Both the position numbers and the translations under genes were made by a program. This document shows positions 29,921 to 39,547 of a stretch of DNA of 64,000 nt, piece after piece (the first letter of the stretch is position 1; each line of letters starts with the position of its first letter). The notes beneath the pieces were generated by a model that saw only the letters and a list, made by a program, of their open reading frames with translations, ran no database searches and was not told where the DNA came from. Origin of the DNA: Eubacteriales bacterium (lineage in GTDB: Bacteria; Bacillota; Clostridia; Oscillospirales; CAG-272); assembly GCA_045545665.1 (NCBI GenBank), contig JAZQBL010000013.1, positions 81,504-145,503 on the forward strand. Direction: 5' to 3'.

Positions 29921-31756
29921 ATGAGTGAAGATGTAAAAAAAGGCGGTATATCCGTCGATATCGAACATATTTTCCCTATAATCAAAAAATGGCTCTATTC
30001 CGAGAAAGAAATATTTCTCCGTGAGATAGTATCAAACGCAACGGATGCCGTAACAAAGCTGAAAAGACTTTCTTCCCTCGGTGAAGCCGATTTCGGAGGC
30101 GAAGAATATAAAATAACCGTAACTCTCGACAAGGGTGAAGGAACGCTCACCGTTTCCGACAACGGTATCGGTATGACGAAGGACGAGCTTGAAAGATATC
30201 TCTGCCGCATCGCTCTGTCGGGTGCTGTTGAATTTATACAAAAGTATGAAAACTCCGAAAAGGATTCTTCAAGCGAGGGTATCATCGGTCATTTCGGGCT
30301 CGGATTTTATTCATCCTTTATGGTAAGTGACACGGTAACGGTTCAGACAAGATCGTATACCGGCTCTCCTGCTGTAAAATGGGTATGCACAAGCGACGGT
30401 GACTACGAAATATTCGACGGCGACCGTGAAGAACACGGAACGGACGTAATAATGAAAATAACCTCCGAGGAAGCGGAATATTTAAACGAAGGCAAAATAA
30501 GAGAAATACTTTCAAAGTACTGCTCGTTTATGCCCGTACCGATATATTTCGTCGTCGAGGGTGAAGAAAAAGAAGAAAACGAGCCTGTAAACGACCCCCA
30601 CCCCCTCTGGCAGAGATCCGCTTCGGAATGTACGGAAGAAGAATATAAGCAGTTCTACACAAAGGTGTTCAACGATTACAAAGAACCGCTTTTCCACATT
30701 CACATAAATGCCGATTATCCGCTTAATTTCAAGGGAATACTGTATTTTCCCAAGCTCAACCACGAATACGACTCTCTCGAAGGTCAGGTAAAGCTTTATT
30801 ACAATCAGGTATTCGTTGCGGATAATATAAAGGAAGTAATTCCCGAATATATGCTTATGCTCAAGGGCGTGCTTGACTGCCCCGAGCTTCCCTTGAACGT
30901 CTCAAGAAGCTATTTGCAAAACAGCGGTTACGTTTCAAAAATATCGGCTCACATCGTAAAGAAGGTTGCCGACAAGCTTAATTCGATGTTCAACACCGAA
31001 AGAGAGAGCTATGAAAAGCTCTGGGACGATCTCAAGACGTTCGTCGAATACAGCTCAATAAGAGATAAAAAGTTCCACGACAGGGTTAAAAAGTGCGTTA
31101 TTTTCAAGTCCGCAACGGAGGAAGGAAAGTACTACACGCTTGAAGAATATCTCAGCGAGGCAAAAGAAAAGCACGAAAACACCGTTTATTACGCAACGGA
31201 CGTAACGACGCAGGCACAGTATATTTCAATGTTCTCAAACGAGGGAATAAATATAATCCTCCTCGACCGTATACTTGACACGCAGTACATCCACACAGTT
31301 GAAACAGACAACACGGACGTAAAATTCGTAAGAATAGATGCGGACGTAGCCGCAGCTCTCAAAGGCGAGGGCGAGGCTGTGGAAAACGAGAGCATCACAG
31401 CCGTTTTCCGTAAGATAAGCGGCAAAGATGATCTTAAGGTCACCTACGAGTGCCTCAAAGACGAAAAGACTCCCGCGCTCATCAATATAAACGAGCAGTC
31501 ACGCCGTTTTGAAGATATGATGAGAATGTACAAAATGGACGGTATGCCCGATATGCCGTCAGATATGACGCTCATTGTAAACACGAACAGCTCGCTTATA
31601 GACAAGCTTGCGAAAGTCATAACGGAGGACGAAGAAAAAGCCGAAAAGCTTGCAAAGCAGATATATACTCTTTCCCTTATTGCACAGCGTCAGCTTACCG
31701 CAGAAGAGCTTAAACAGTTCCTCGACGAAAGCTTCGATATGCTTCTCAATATATAA
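29921..31756 (+). CDS. htpG: molecular chaperone HtpG (Hsp90)
   Basis: 611 aa. LYSEKEIFLREIVSNATDA, GIGMT and GHFGLGFYS motifs. Confidence 0.95.
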   Translation: MSEDVKKGGISVDIEHIFPIIKKWLYSEKEIFLREIVSNATDAVTKLKRLSSLGEADFGGEEYKITVTLDKGEGTLTVSDNGIGMTKDELERYLCRIALSGAVEFIQKYENSEKDSSSEGIIGHFGLGFYSSFMVSDTVTVQTRSYTGSPAVKWVCTSDGDYEIFDGDREEHGTDVIMKITSEEAEYLNEGKIREILSKYCSFMPVPIYFVVEGEEKEENEPVNDPHPLWQRSASECTEEEYKQFYTKVFNDYKEPLFHIHINADYPLNFKGILYFPKLNHEYDSLEGQVKLYYNQVFVADNIKEVIPEYMLMLKGVLDCPELPLNVSRSYLQNSGYVSKISAHIVKKVADKLNSMFNTERESYEKLWDDLKTFVEYSSIRDKKFHDRVKKCVIFKSATEEGKYYTLEEYLSEAKEKHENTVYYATDVTTQAQYISMFSNEGINIILLDRILDTQYIHTVETDNTDVKFVRIDADVAAALKGEGEAVENESITAVFRKISGKDDLKVTYECLKDEKTPALININEQSRRFEDMMRMYKMDGMPDMPSDMTLIVNTNSSLIDKLAKVITEDEEKAEKLAKQIYTLSLIAQRQLTAEELKQFLDESFDMLLNI

Positions 31757-31767
31757 AATAAAAATTC

Positions 31768-31796
31768 AAAAACCCCTTCCTCGGAAGGGGTTTTTA
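31768..31796 (+). terminator. htpG intrinsic terminator
   Basis: aaaaccccttcctcggaaggggttttt. Confidence 0.85.
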
Positions 31797-31989
31797 CCTT
31801 ATATTCGGAAGGAGCATGCCCCTGTCCTGCCTAAAAACTCGTTATTTTATCGGCAGTGTTTTGCAAACTCAGGCAGTATCGGCTTTCGATGCCGAGTACG
31901 TATCGCTACGAAACAGATGCCGATAGAACCATGATCGTAATTCTTTATTCTTGTGTTTTTTCGGAAATTATTTTTCCGTATTCACTTTT

Positions 31990-33138
31990 TTATTTGTGTT
32001 CTGCTTTTGAAAATTTTTCATAAGCCAACTGCATAAGTGTGCGTTCCGTTTTGATATCGGCTTCGTAGGGATAGTTTTTTGCACATTTTTCAAATTGAGC
32101 CTTTATTTTCTCTGCTTTTTCTTCATCTTCATTACAAAGCAGTGCGTATGCGTACTCCGTTCTCATAACGGTCGGGTACGTTTTCATAGATTTCATAAAG
32201 TTTTTCTCCTCTTTTGTCAGAAAAGCATCAACTGCATCTTTTCTGTTTTCGGAAATAAGCTCTATATACAATCTGTCGCATATCATAAGATTTTTATGAA
32301 GACCTACTATACCGCTTTCCATTTCCAAAAGGCGCTTCATAAGGGCATCCGCTTCTTCAAAGCGGTGCTGCTCCGTATAGCGGTTTGAAGCAAAAACAGC
32401 GATGGGGGCTATCATTACATTTTTCATCTGCTCGTCTGTGGGAACTGTGAAAAACTCATCGGGCATATCCTTCAGGGCAACGCCGTCCGATGAAAGTGAG
32501 CTCATCATAAGCTGCAGCCAAAATCCGCGCAGGGCGTCTTTATCACGTCCAAGACTTAAAGCGTTATATCCGTCGTTTGGCACAAGCGTTCCTTTAAGCG
32601 GTATACCGTTTGCAAGCGCAAAGCCTATACCGATCACCGTTAAATACAGAAAAAACGGCGACAAAAACTCAATATGCGGCATAAAAAGATAGAGGCAAAG
32701 CGACACGGCGGAAAGTATAAGGTTTAAAAAAGCTCCGCCGTAATTGTATATAAAAACGGGTATTTTACCGTCTTTCATTTCAGGCGGTGTCATAAGGCAC
32801 TGTCCGCCCATACCTGCTACATTTTGACGGCAAAATCTTATTTTTCCGTTCGTTTTCAGAATAACGAAGCCGAAAACATTGAACGATTTGAATTTATATC
32901 CCGACAAAAGACCGAAAACGAGGTGTCCTGCTTCGTGTACTATCAACTGCACAGTCAAGGCAAGATACATAACGGCTAAAAGCAGTATGAATTTTATAAA
33001 CGAATCTTTTGCCGAAAGTCCTTCCGTTTCGGAAGCCATAAGCTCACCGCACACGGCAAAAGCTATGATATAGATGAAACCGAGCAAAATATCAGCAATT
33101 TTACCCTTCTTTTTTTGTTTTTCTTTTTTCATTTCCAA
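31990..33138 (-). CDS. site-2 protease-like (M50) membrane metalloprotease with helical C-terminal domain
   Basis: HEAGHLVFG (HExxH) in a TM helix and NGIPLKGTLVPNDG (NxxPxxxxDG). 382 aa. Confidence 0.7.
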   Translation of the reverse strand: MEMKKEKQKKKGKIADILLGFIYIIAFAVCGELMASETEGLSAKDSFIKFILLLAVMYLALTVQLIVHEAGHLVFGLLSGYKFKSFNVFGFVILKTNGKIRFCRQNVAGMGGQCLMTPPEMKDGKIPVFIYNYGGAFLNLILSAVSLCLYLFMPHIEFLSPFFLYLTVIGIGFALANGIPLKGTLVPNDGYNALSLGRDKDALRGFWLQLMMSSLSSDGVALKDMPDEFFTVPTDEQMKNVMIAPIAVFASNRYTEQHRFEEADALMKRLLEMESGIVGLHKNLMICDRLYIELISENRKDAVDAFLTKEEKNFMKSMKTYPTVMRTEYAYALLCNEDEEKAEKIKAQFEKCAKNYPYEADIKTERTLMQLAYEKFSKAEHK

Positions 33139-33251
33139 TTACTCCAAAAATCATATTTATTGTATTATATATTTTTTGTATTAATATGTCAAGATTTTAA
33201 CTTGTTTTTTTGTTTTATCCGTGATATAATCATTACAGTAAATGTCAAGGA

Positions 33252-34322
33252 GTGAATATTTTGAAAAAAATTATTGCATTTTTACTTATGACGTCTTTTC
33301 TGTTTACGTGCGGATGTTCAAGCGATCCATCCGACACCTCACAAAACACGAAAAAAGAAAGCGAAACACTTTCTGCCGAAACTTCATCGGAAACGGTAAT
33401 TGAAACCGAAACGGAAAAAGGAGATGATAACGTGCCAAGAGAAAACCCCGTACTTTATCAGATAGCGCCCGACAAAAATATGCTTCTCAACTGTTACGTA
33501 ATAAAAACGGCAACAGGCAAGCTTATAGTCATAGACGGAGGCGGTGCGGGCTCTGATATCAACAGCGGCTATTTGTACGAAAAGCTTCAGGAAATAAGCG
33601 GTGAGAAAGAACCCGTTATAGAAGCGTGGTTTTTATCCCATATGCACGACGACCACGTAAGAGAATTTACCCTCATCGGCACAAACAAGCGCAAAAAGAT
33701 GACGGTAAACAACGTCTATTTCAATTTCCCTTCAAGAGAATTTATGAATACGTCGGAGGGCGGAAAATACGCTTTTCTTTATGACGAGCTTGAACAGTCG
33801 TACGACAGATTTATGGGCAAGGGTGAATTTGCAAAGACAAACGCCAAAACCGCCTTTGAAGGGGACGTAATCGACATCGACGGTATAAAATTTGAAATCC
33901 TTATGACAGTTACCGACGAAGAAAAAGAAACGAACATCAACGACACCTCGATGATATTCAGAGTAACGATTGAAGGACAGACGATCCTGTTTTTGGGTGA
34001 TGCGTACCTTTTCCAGAGTCAAAGACTTATTGACAAGTACGGCGATGACCTCAAGAGCGATATGGTGCAAATGGCGCACCACGGACAGAACGGCGTGTCA
34101 AAAGAAGCATACGAAAAGATCGCACCTACACTTTGTTTGTGGCCTATCCCGATCTGGGTATATCAGAATGCACAGGGTGTTTACCAGACGACCGAGGTTC
34201 GCAACTGGATGGCGGCTATGGGTGTTAAATACCACCTTGTTGCAGGGGTAGATCTTACGCAGTCGCTCACCTTCCCCGTTGATTTTTCCACCCTCGAAGA
34301 ATTTGATATAGAACCGAAATAA
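33252..34322 (+). CDS. MBL-fold metallo-hydrolase lipoprotein
   Basis: Lipobox FTCGCSS. SHMHDDHV (HxHxDH) and a later AHHGQNG motif. The start (GTG 33252 or TTG 33261) is uncertain. Confidence 0.72.
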   Translation: MNILKKIIAFLLMTSFLFTCGCSSDPSDTSQNTKKESETLSAETSSETVIETETEKGDDNVPRENPVLYQIAPDKNMLLNCYVIKTATGKLIVIDGGGAGSDINSGYLYEKLQEISGEKEPVIEAWFLSHMHDDHVREFTLIGTNKRKKMTVNNVYFNFPSREFMNTSEGGKYAFLYDELEQSYDRFMGKGEFAKTNAKTAFEGDVIDIDGIKFEILMTVTDEEKETNINDTSMIFRVTIEGQTILFLGDAYLFQSQRLIDKYGDDLKSDMVQMAHHGQNGVSKEAYEKIAPTLCLWPIPIWVYQNAQGVYQTTEVRNWMAAMGVKYHLVAGVDLTQSLTFPVDFSTLEEFDIEPK

Positions 34323-34391
34323 TTTAAAAAAATCACGTTGATCAATATAGTGAACCACATAATCAGTTTGGAGAATTGAGTGTATTAAGCA

Positions 34392-34727
34392 ATGAAGCAT
34401 AAAATTTTCAGTTGTCTGTTAGGTATCATAATTGTGGTTTCTATGATATTTGCTGTATATTATGGAAAAGCCTTCGCTGTATATCATGAATACGGGTACA
34501 GCAACAATACCACAGAAACAGTGTATTTTTGTTTTACTGTTATTTCGGGGATGACATCCATTATGACTATTGCTGCATTGGTTTTGCACATAAAAGCAAA
34601 AGAAGGAGCATGGGTCGATGCGGTATATATATTTGCCGCAATTTTATGCATTCCTGTTATTCTGTGTACGATGGTTTGGCTTTTACATTGGGTCGGCTTT
34701 GATTTTCTGCCGCCGCCACAAAGCTAA
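34392..34727 (+). CDS. small hypothetical membrane protein (3 TM), AT-rich gene
   Basis: 111 aa with three hydrophobic helices. No family recognised. Looks AT-richer than its neighbours by eye. Confidence 0.45.
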   Translation: MKHKIFSCLLGIIIVVSMIFAVYYGKAFAVYHEYGYSNNTTETVYFCFTVISGMTSIMTIAALVLHIKAKEGAWVDAVYIFAAILCIPVILCTMVWLLHWVGFDFLPPPQS

Positions 34728-34903
34728 CGAAACGGTTTCGTATTTGGGATGATGGTTCGGAGATGCCACTTTAACAAATAGCAGTAGTAAGGAGAATTCT
34801 CTTTAGTAAAATTTCGCATTTTGATATTAGCAACCGGTCGAATGATGATACCAAGATGATACCGACGTCTTCTGTGGGATACGATCTTGAAGTTAATATA
34901 AAG

Positions 34904-34934
34904 AAAAATCCGAGTCAGATGACTCGGATTTTTG
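34904..34934. terminator. thrS terminator (bidirectional hairpin)
   Basis: atccgagtc-agat-gactcggat flanked by A- and T-runs, 7 nt after the thrS stop. Confidence 0.8.
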
Positions 34935-34940
34935 ATTTAT

Positions 34941-36875
34941 TTATTTTATAACTTTCTTTACGTTTTCTTCCACTGCTCTTGTGAGGAATTCTTCGACCGT
35001 CATCGTACCGATATCACCTGCCGCTCTTTCACGGACTGCAACGGAGCCTGACTGCATTTCCTTTTCACCTATAACGAGCATATAGGGTATCTTTTCGAGC
35101 TGTGCGGCTCTTATCTTATATCCTATCTTTTCGTTACGCGTATCGCACTTTACGCGGATGCCCGATGCGGCAAGCGTTTTTCTTACTTTTTCTGCGTATT
35201 CTGCCTGATCGTCGCCTATCGGGAGTATTCTTACCTGCTCGGGTGACAGCCACAGCGGAAGTGCGCCTGCATACTTTTCAAGCAAATAAGCGATCGTTCT
35301 TTCGTAGCAGCCGAGTGACGTTCTGTGAATGATGTAAGGATACTGCTGCTGACCGTTTGAATCCGTATACGTCATATTGAACTGACGTGCAAGCATAAGG
35401 TCGACCTGGATAGTTACGACCGTATCCTCTTTGCCGTGTACGTTCTTCATCTGAACGTCGAGCTTCGGTCCGTAGAATGCCGCTTCACCGACAGCCTCGG
35501 TAAATTCGAGTCCGATATTGTTAAGGATATTTCTCATAAGGTTTTCGGACATATCCCATTCCTCGGGAGTGCCGATATATTTTTCACGGTCGTTGGGGTC
35601 CCACTTGGAAAGGCGGTACGAAAGGTCGCCTATAAGTCCTACGTCCGTCATAACCTCTTTGAGAAGCTTTACGCAGTTTTTAAATTCTTCTTCAAGCTGG
35701 TCGGGGCGGAGTACGAGGTGTCCTTCGGAGATCGTGAACTGACGTACACGGATAAGCCCGTGCATTTCGCCCGAATCCTCGTTACGGAAAAGCGTCGACG
35801 TTTCGGCGTATCTTATGGGGAGATCCTTATACGAGTGCTTTTCCGCAAGGTATACCTGGTACTGGAAGGGGCACGTCATAGGACGGAGTGCAAGCACCTC
35901 GCCTTCAGCTTCGGGATCACCCAAAACGAACATACCGTCACGGTAATGGTCCCAGTGTCCCGATATCTTATAAAGGTCGGATTTAGCCATAAGAGGAGTT
36001 TTCGTCATAACGTAGCCGTATTCGTATTCCTCTTTATCCTGAACGTAGCGGTTGAGTATCTGGAAGAGCTTCGTTCCCTTCGGCATAAGGCAGGGAAGAC
36101 CCTGACCTATGTATTCGCTTGTCGTGAAGTAACCGAGTTCTCTGCCTATCTTGTTATGGTCGCGCTTCTTTGCTTCTTCGACTGCCGTAAGATAGTCGTT
36201 AAGCTCCTGCTTTGAGGGGAACGCAACGCCGTTTATACGCTGAAGCATCTTTTTGTTTCTGTCGTTGTCGTGATATGCACCCGTACACTGTATAAGCTTT
36301 ACAGCCTTTACAGCACCCGTCGAAAAGAGGTGAGGACCTGTACACATATCGACGAATTCGCCCTGACGGTAGAAGGAAAGAACGGCGTCATCGGGCAAAG
36401 AATTGATCTTTTCAACCTTATACGGCTGATCCTTCATAAGCTCAAGCGCATCTGCACGTGAAAGAACGGAGCGTTCGATCTTGAGATTTTCTTTGATGAT
36501 CTTATTCATCTCGCCCTCTATCTGCTTGAGTATATCGGGTGTGAAGGATGTTTCACAGTCGATATCGTAGAAAAATCCGTTTTCCGTGGACGGACCTTTA
36601 TCAAGCTTCGCATCGGGGTAAAGGCGGAGGACTGCCTGTGCCAGAATGTGCGATGCCGTGTGGCGGAATATAAGCTTTCCTTCTTTATCGGCAAACGTGA
36701 GAAGCTGTATTTCACAGTCTTCCTCGATAGGCTGTGTAAGCTCTGCGGGTGTGCCGTTGCAAAGTGCGGCAAACACCGTTTTGTCGATAAGCTCCGATGC
36801 TTTTGCCGCATCGTAGATCGTTACCGGAACGTCCGAGGAGAACGTTTTTCCGTTTGAAAATTTTACGTTTATCAT
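34941..36875 (-). CDS. thrS: threonine--tRNA ligase
   Basis: 644 aa. TGS N-terminal domain, HTASHILAQA editing motif, class II core (FRNEDSGEMHGLIRVRQF), anticodon-binding C-terminus. Confidence 0.97.
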   Translation of the reverse strand: MINVKFSNGKTFSSDVPVTIYDAAKASELIDKTVFAALCNGTPAELTQPIEEDCEIQLLTFADKEGKLIFRHTASHILAQAVLRLYPDAKLDKGPSTENGFFYDIDCETSFTPDILKQIEGEMNKIIKENLKIERSVLSRADALELMKDQPYKVEKINSLPDDAVLSFYRQGEFVDMCTGPHLFSTGAVKAVKLIQCTGAYHDNDRNKKMLQRINGVAFPSKQELNDYLTAVEEAKKRDHNKIGRELGYFTTSEYIGQGLPCLMPKGTKLFQILNRYVQDKEEYEYGYVMTKTPLMAKSDLYKISGHWDHYRDGMFVLGDPEAEGEVLALRPMTCPFQYQVYLAEKHSYKDLPIRYAETSTLFRNEDSGEMHGLIRVRQFTISEGHLVLRPDQLEEEFKNCVKLLKEVMTDVGLIGDLSYRLSKWDPNDREKYIGTPEEWDMSENLMRNILNNIGLEFTEAVGEAAFYGPKLDVQMKNVHGKEDTVVTIQVDLMLARQFNMTYTDSNGQQQYPYIIHRTSLGCYERTIAYLLEKYAGALPLWLSPEQVRILPIGDDQAEYAEKVRKTLAASGIRVKCDTRNEKIGYKIRAAQLEKIPYMLVIGEKEMQSGSVAVRERAAGDIGTMTVEEFLTRAVEENVKKVIK

Positions 36876-36887
36876 TTTTTATCTCCT

Positions 36888-37448
36888 TTAATTATTCTTT
36901 TCTTTATATATGTTATAAGTATCGGTAAATACGGAATTTAAAAATTCATCCTCCGTATATTCCCTTAAATAATAACCGTCGCTTGTGGTAAGATACACCT
37001 TTATCGTTTCGCTGTTTCTCGGTATATCGTACTGAAATTTATTGCTTATCTTTGAAAAAGTATCAAATTCGCCGTACGCAGCTTCGATGCATTTTCCGTT
37101 GAGCTCGGTATCTGCTTTGAGTTTGCGCTTTTTGGCATCTGACGAAAACGATACTATCTCGTCTTTCTCCGCATCAAATGAGTAAAAATAAGCAATTCCA
37201 TCCGTTTTTTCGTAGTCGGCTTCTTCAACCGTTACGATATATATTTCAAAAGGCACTTTTCCGTCTTCGAGCGTTTCTGCGCTTTCGTAATATTCGTAAT
37301 AAGAAAATATGCGTTCTGCTTTTTTTTGTGTATACACCTGTTCCGGCGGTGCGGGGAGGGGCTTTACGAACTGTACGTACAAAAGTCCGCCCGTTAAAAT
37401 GAGCACTGCCAGAATACATATCAAAAGTGGCTTTATTGCCGATTTCAT
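36888..37448 (-). CDS. hypothetical membrane-anchored protein (first gene of the thrS T-box operon)
   Basis: 186 aa with a single N-terminal TM helix. GGAGA RBS. Stops 12 nt before the thrS ATG, which has its own AAGGAG. Confidence 0.6.
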   Translation of the reverse strand: MKSAIKPLLICILAVLILTGGLLYVQFVKPLPAPPEQVYTQKKAERIFSYYEYYESAETLEDGKVPFEIYIVTVEEADYEKTDGIAYFYSFDAEKDEIVSFSSDAKKRKLKADTELNGKCIEAAYGEFDTFSKISNKFQYDIPRNSETIKVYLTTSDGYYLREYTEDEFLNSVFTDTYNIYKEKNN

Positions 37449-37474
37449 ATTATCTCCGTTTCCGCCTTACGGCT

Positions 37475-37685
37475 AAAAAAACAAAACGCCCCGAGGAAAA
37501 ATCCCTCGGGGCGGTAATTCCGCGGTTCCACCCGAATTTGTAGCTCTTTACCGTATAACGGCGGTGCCGTGCCGTCATTTCCTACGGCATTAAAGTAAAG
37601 CGGTGTCCCTTTTGTTTTACCCCAAGCGCTCCTCTCAGCTGCAGAGCTTCTCTGTACATGGAATATAACGGGCTTCTTTACCGAA
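37475..37685 (-). promoter_or_regulatory. T-box leader, probable Thr (ACC) specifier
   Basis: Minus strand has an AGAGA box and AAUUCGGGUGGAACCGCGG (T-box, 37520-37537). Terminator ccccgagg/cctcgggg + U-run (37475-37513). Candidate specifier gacACCgcuu at 37602-37604. Confidence 0.85.
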
Positions 37686-37690
37686 AAAGA

Positions 37691-38116
37691 TCATTTTCTT
37701 TTGTTGAGATTATACTGTGATCGGGGATTTACTATTTCTCTCCAATCAAGATCGCCTCTTTCAAGGGCGCATATAAGCACCTCTGCCGTTGCGATATTCG
37801 TTGCAACGGGAACGTTGTGTATGTCACAAAGTCTGATAAGATCAAACGATTCTTCTGTATTTGCTTCGGGCTTCGTATCTCTGAAATAAAGCAAGACGTC
37901 TATTTCATTATACGCTATACGGGAAGCTATCTGCTGTTCGCCGCCGTGCTCACCGGAAAGCAGTCTTTCTATCTGTAAGCCCGTGGCATCTGCGATATAT
38001 TTGCCCGTGATACCCGTGGCGCAAAGATTATGTTTACTTAAAATTCCGCAGTATGCAATGCAGAACTGCGCCATAAGTTCTTTTTTTCTGTCGTGTGCGA
38101 TAATTGCTATTTCCAT
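37691..38116 (-). CDS. mgsA: methylglyoxal synthase
   Basis: 141 aa. MEIAIIAHDRKKELM...ATGITG...GEHGGEQQI is collinear with B. subtilis MgsA. Confidence 0.92.
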   Translation of the reverse strand: MEIAIIAHDRKKELMAQFCIAYCGILSKHNLCATGITGKYIADATGLQIERLLSGEHGGEQQIASRIAYNEIDVLLYFRDTKPEANTEESFDLIRLCDIHNVPVATNIATAEVLICALERGDLDWREIVNPRSQYNLNKRK

Positions 38117-38156
38117 TGGGATCCCTGCCTTTCTTCTTTTTAGGCAAACTGACTGA

Positions 38157-38954
38157 TCATACTGTCAAAACCTTTTTTCTCTTTATCTTTTTAACTCCCT
38201 TAAGTATGGGTACGTATCTTTCCCCTGTTTTTTCGGACACTATTCGCTGAGCGATATTTTTGAAAGCTCTGTGCGATACAAATCCGTCGTTTGAAGCAAG
38301 TATTCCGCGTTCTTGCGCGTATACGAGCTTGACGTCGTAAGGAACGACACCCAAAAGAGAAACTTTTGCCGAATCTATTATATCTATCATTCCTGCGCGT
38401 TTACCGTCAACAACTGCCGAATAGTCGAAATTATTCACAATAAGACGCGGTGAGACGTTTGCATCCTCGCACATACGTGCGCTTTTCTGTGCCCCTCTCA
38501 GAGATGCGGGGGTGTGTGATGCTATTACCATTGCCTCGTCTGATGCTTTGAGCGCACATTCAAGTGCGAACGTGTCAGCACCCGCTGTGTCCAGAATGAC
38601 GTAGTCAAGTCCTTCGTCTTTTGCGAGCTGTCTTAATTTTTGTGCAAATTCATCCGACGTAAAGGAATCGGAAAACTCATACGGCGCACCGAGGAAAAAC
38701 AAATTCTCCGAACGCTTATCCGTTATTTTTGCATCGTTATACTGCCGTCTGCCCGAAAGCACGTCGCATATATCGAACAATACGGAATTTTCATATCCCA
38801 TAATGAGATCGAGAGAGCGTACGTCAAAGTCAAGATCGCACAAAAGCACACGGCATCCGTACAGCGAAAGCTGATATGCCACGTTTGCGGCAACCGTTGA
38901 CTTTCCGACTCCGCCTTTTAATGACGTTGAAAGAATTATTTTTGGTTTGTTCAT
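38157..38954 (-). CDS. MinD/ParA-family P-loop ATPase
   Basis: Deviant Walker A KGGVGKST. Start set at MNKPK (38954) after GGGTGA. No minC or minE next to it. Confidence 0.78.
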   Translation of the reverse strand: MNKPKIILSTSLKGGVGKSTVAANVAYQLSLYGCRVLLCDLDFDVRSLDLIMGYENSVLFDICDVLSGRRQYNDAKITDKRSENLFFLGAPYEFSDSFTSDEFAQKLRQLAKDEGLDYVILDTAGADTFALECALKASDEAMVIASHTPASLRGAQKSARMCEDANVSPRLIVNNFDYSAVVDGKRAGMIDIIDSAKVSLLGVVPYDVKLVYAQERGILASNDGFVSHRAFKNIAQRIVSEKTGERYVPILKGVKKIKRKKVLTV

Positions 38955-39028
38955 ATGATCACCCGTCTTTACGTACACTCATTTTACCACATACAGACTC
39001 GTTTTGTCAATAACAATTTTTCAAAACA

Positions 39029-39346
39029 CTAAAAATCACGGTTTACGGTAAGTGCTATGAGAAGGTCCGTACTGTCGTCCGACGCCGACTTGTTGTTTAT
39101 CACCTTTCCGCATTTGTCACACTTGTGCGTTATGACAAAGCCCTTTTTGGCATCGGGTTTTGCGGAAACGGGACGCATAACGCCTTTACAGTCAGATGCT
39201 CTGTCGCCGGGGTTTACGTCAAGGTGCAGCGAACATAAGCACTTCGGGCAGTGATTTCTCGACGTATAGCCGAGTGGCGGCACTTCGCTTTTGCAGTTTA
39301 CGCACACAAAGCCCGAATCGTTTTTGGAAAATCGTTTAGTTTGCAT
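39029..39346 (-). CDS. RNHCP domain zinc-ribbon protein
   Basis: 105 aa. Literal RNHCPKC motif plus CVNC and CDKC cysteine pairs. Confidence 0.75.
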   Translation of the reverse strand: MQTKRFSKNDSGFVCVNCKSEVPPLGYTSRNHCPKCLCSLHLDVNPGDRASDCKGVMRPVSAKPDAKKGFVITHKCDKCGKVINNKSASDDSTDLLIALTVNRDF

Positions 39347-39547
39347 AAATCAAACCCTTTTGAATTAAAATAATGTTACCTTGTTTTATTTCTATCAAAT
39401 ATGATCTTTAATAATTTACCGAAAATATTGACATTCACCGAGCAGTCGCCTTATTCTACGCCGATAATACTGACGGTTTTGGGAATATTTTGCGCCGTTT
39501 TCATTCTCGTTATAACGCTTTCACTTATCGGAAAGCTCAGAAAATGA

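Noticed and set aside
31797-31989. Hairpin-rich non-coding stretch after htpG. It shares ATGCCCCTG(Y)C with the RAYT locus (45199-45210) and 63002-63009.
   Set aside because: The similarity is limited to a 9-12-mer whose position relative to the element ends differs between loci. About two occurrences of any 8-mer are expected by chance in 64 kb on both strands. This is not enough to call another element copy.
39347-39547. The 73-aa ORF 39451-39672 and a 17-codon ORF in the 200-bp spacer after the PrsA-like gene.
   Set aside because: The 73-aa frame overlaps the 3' end of the supported lipoprotein gene in another frame and is Arg/Ser-rich. The short ORF has no RBS. The region is treated as non-coding.
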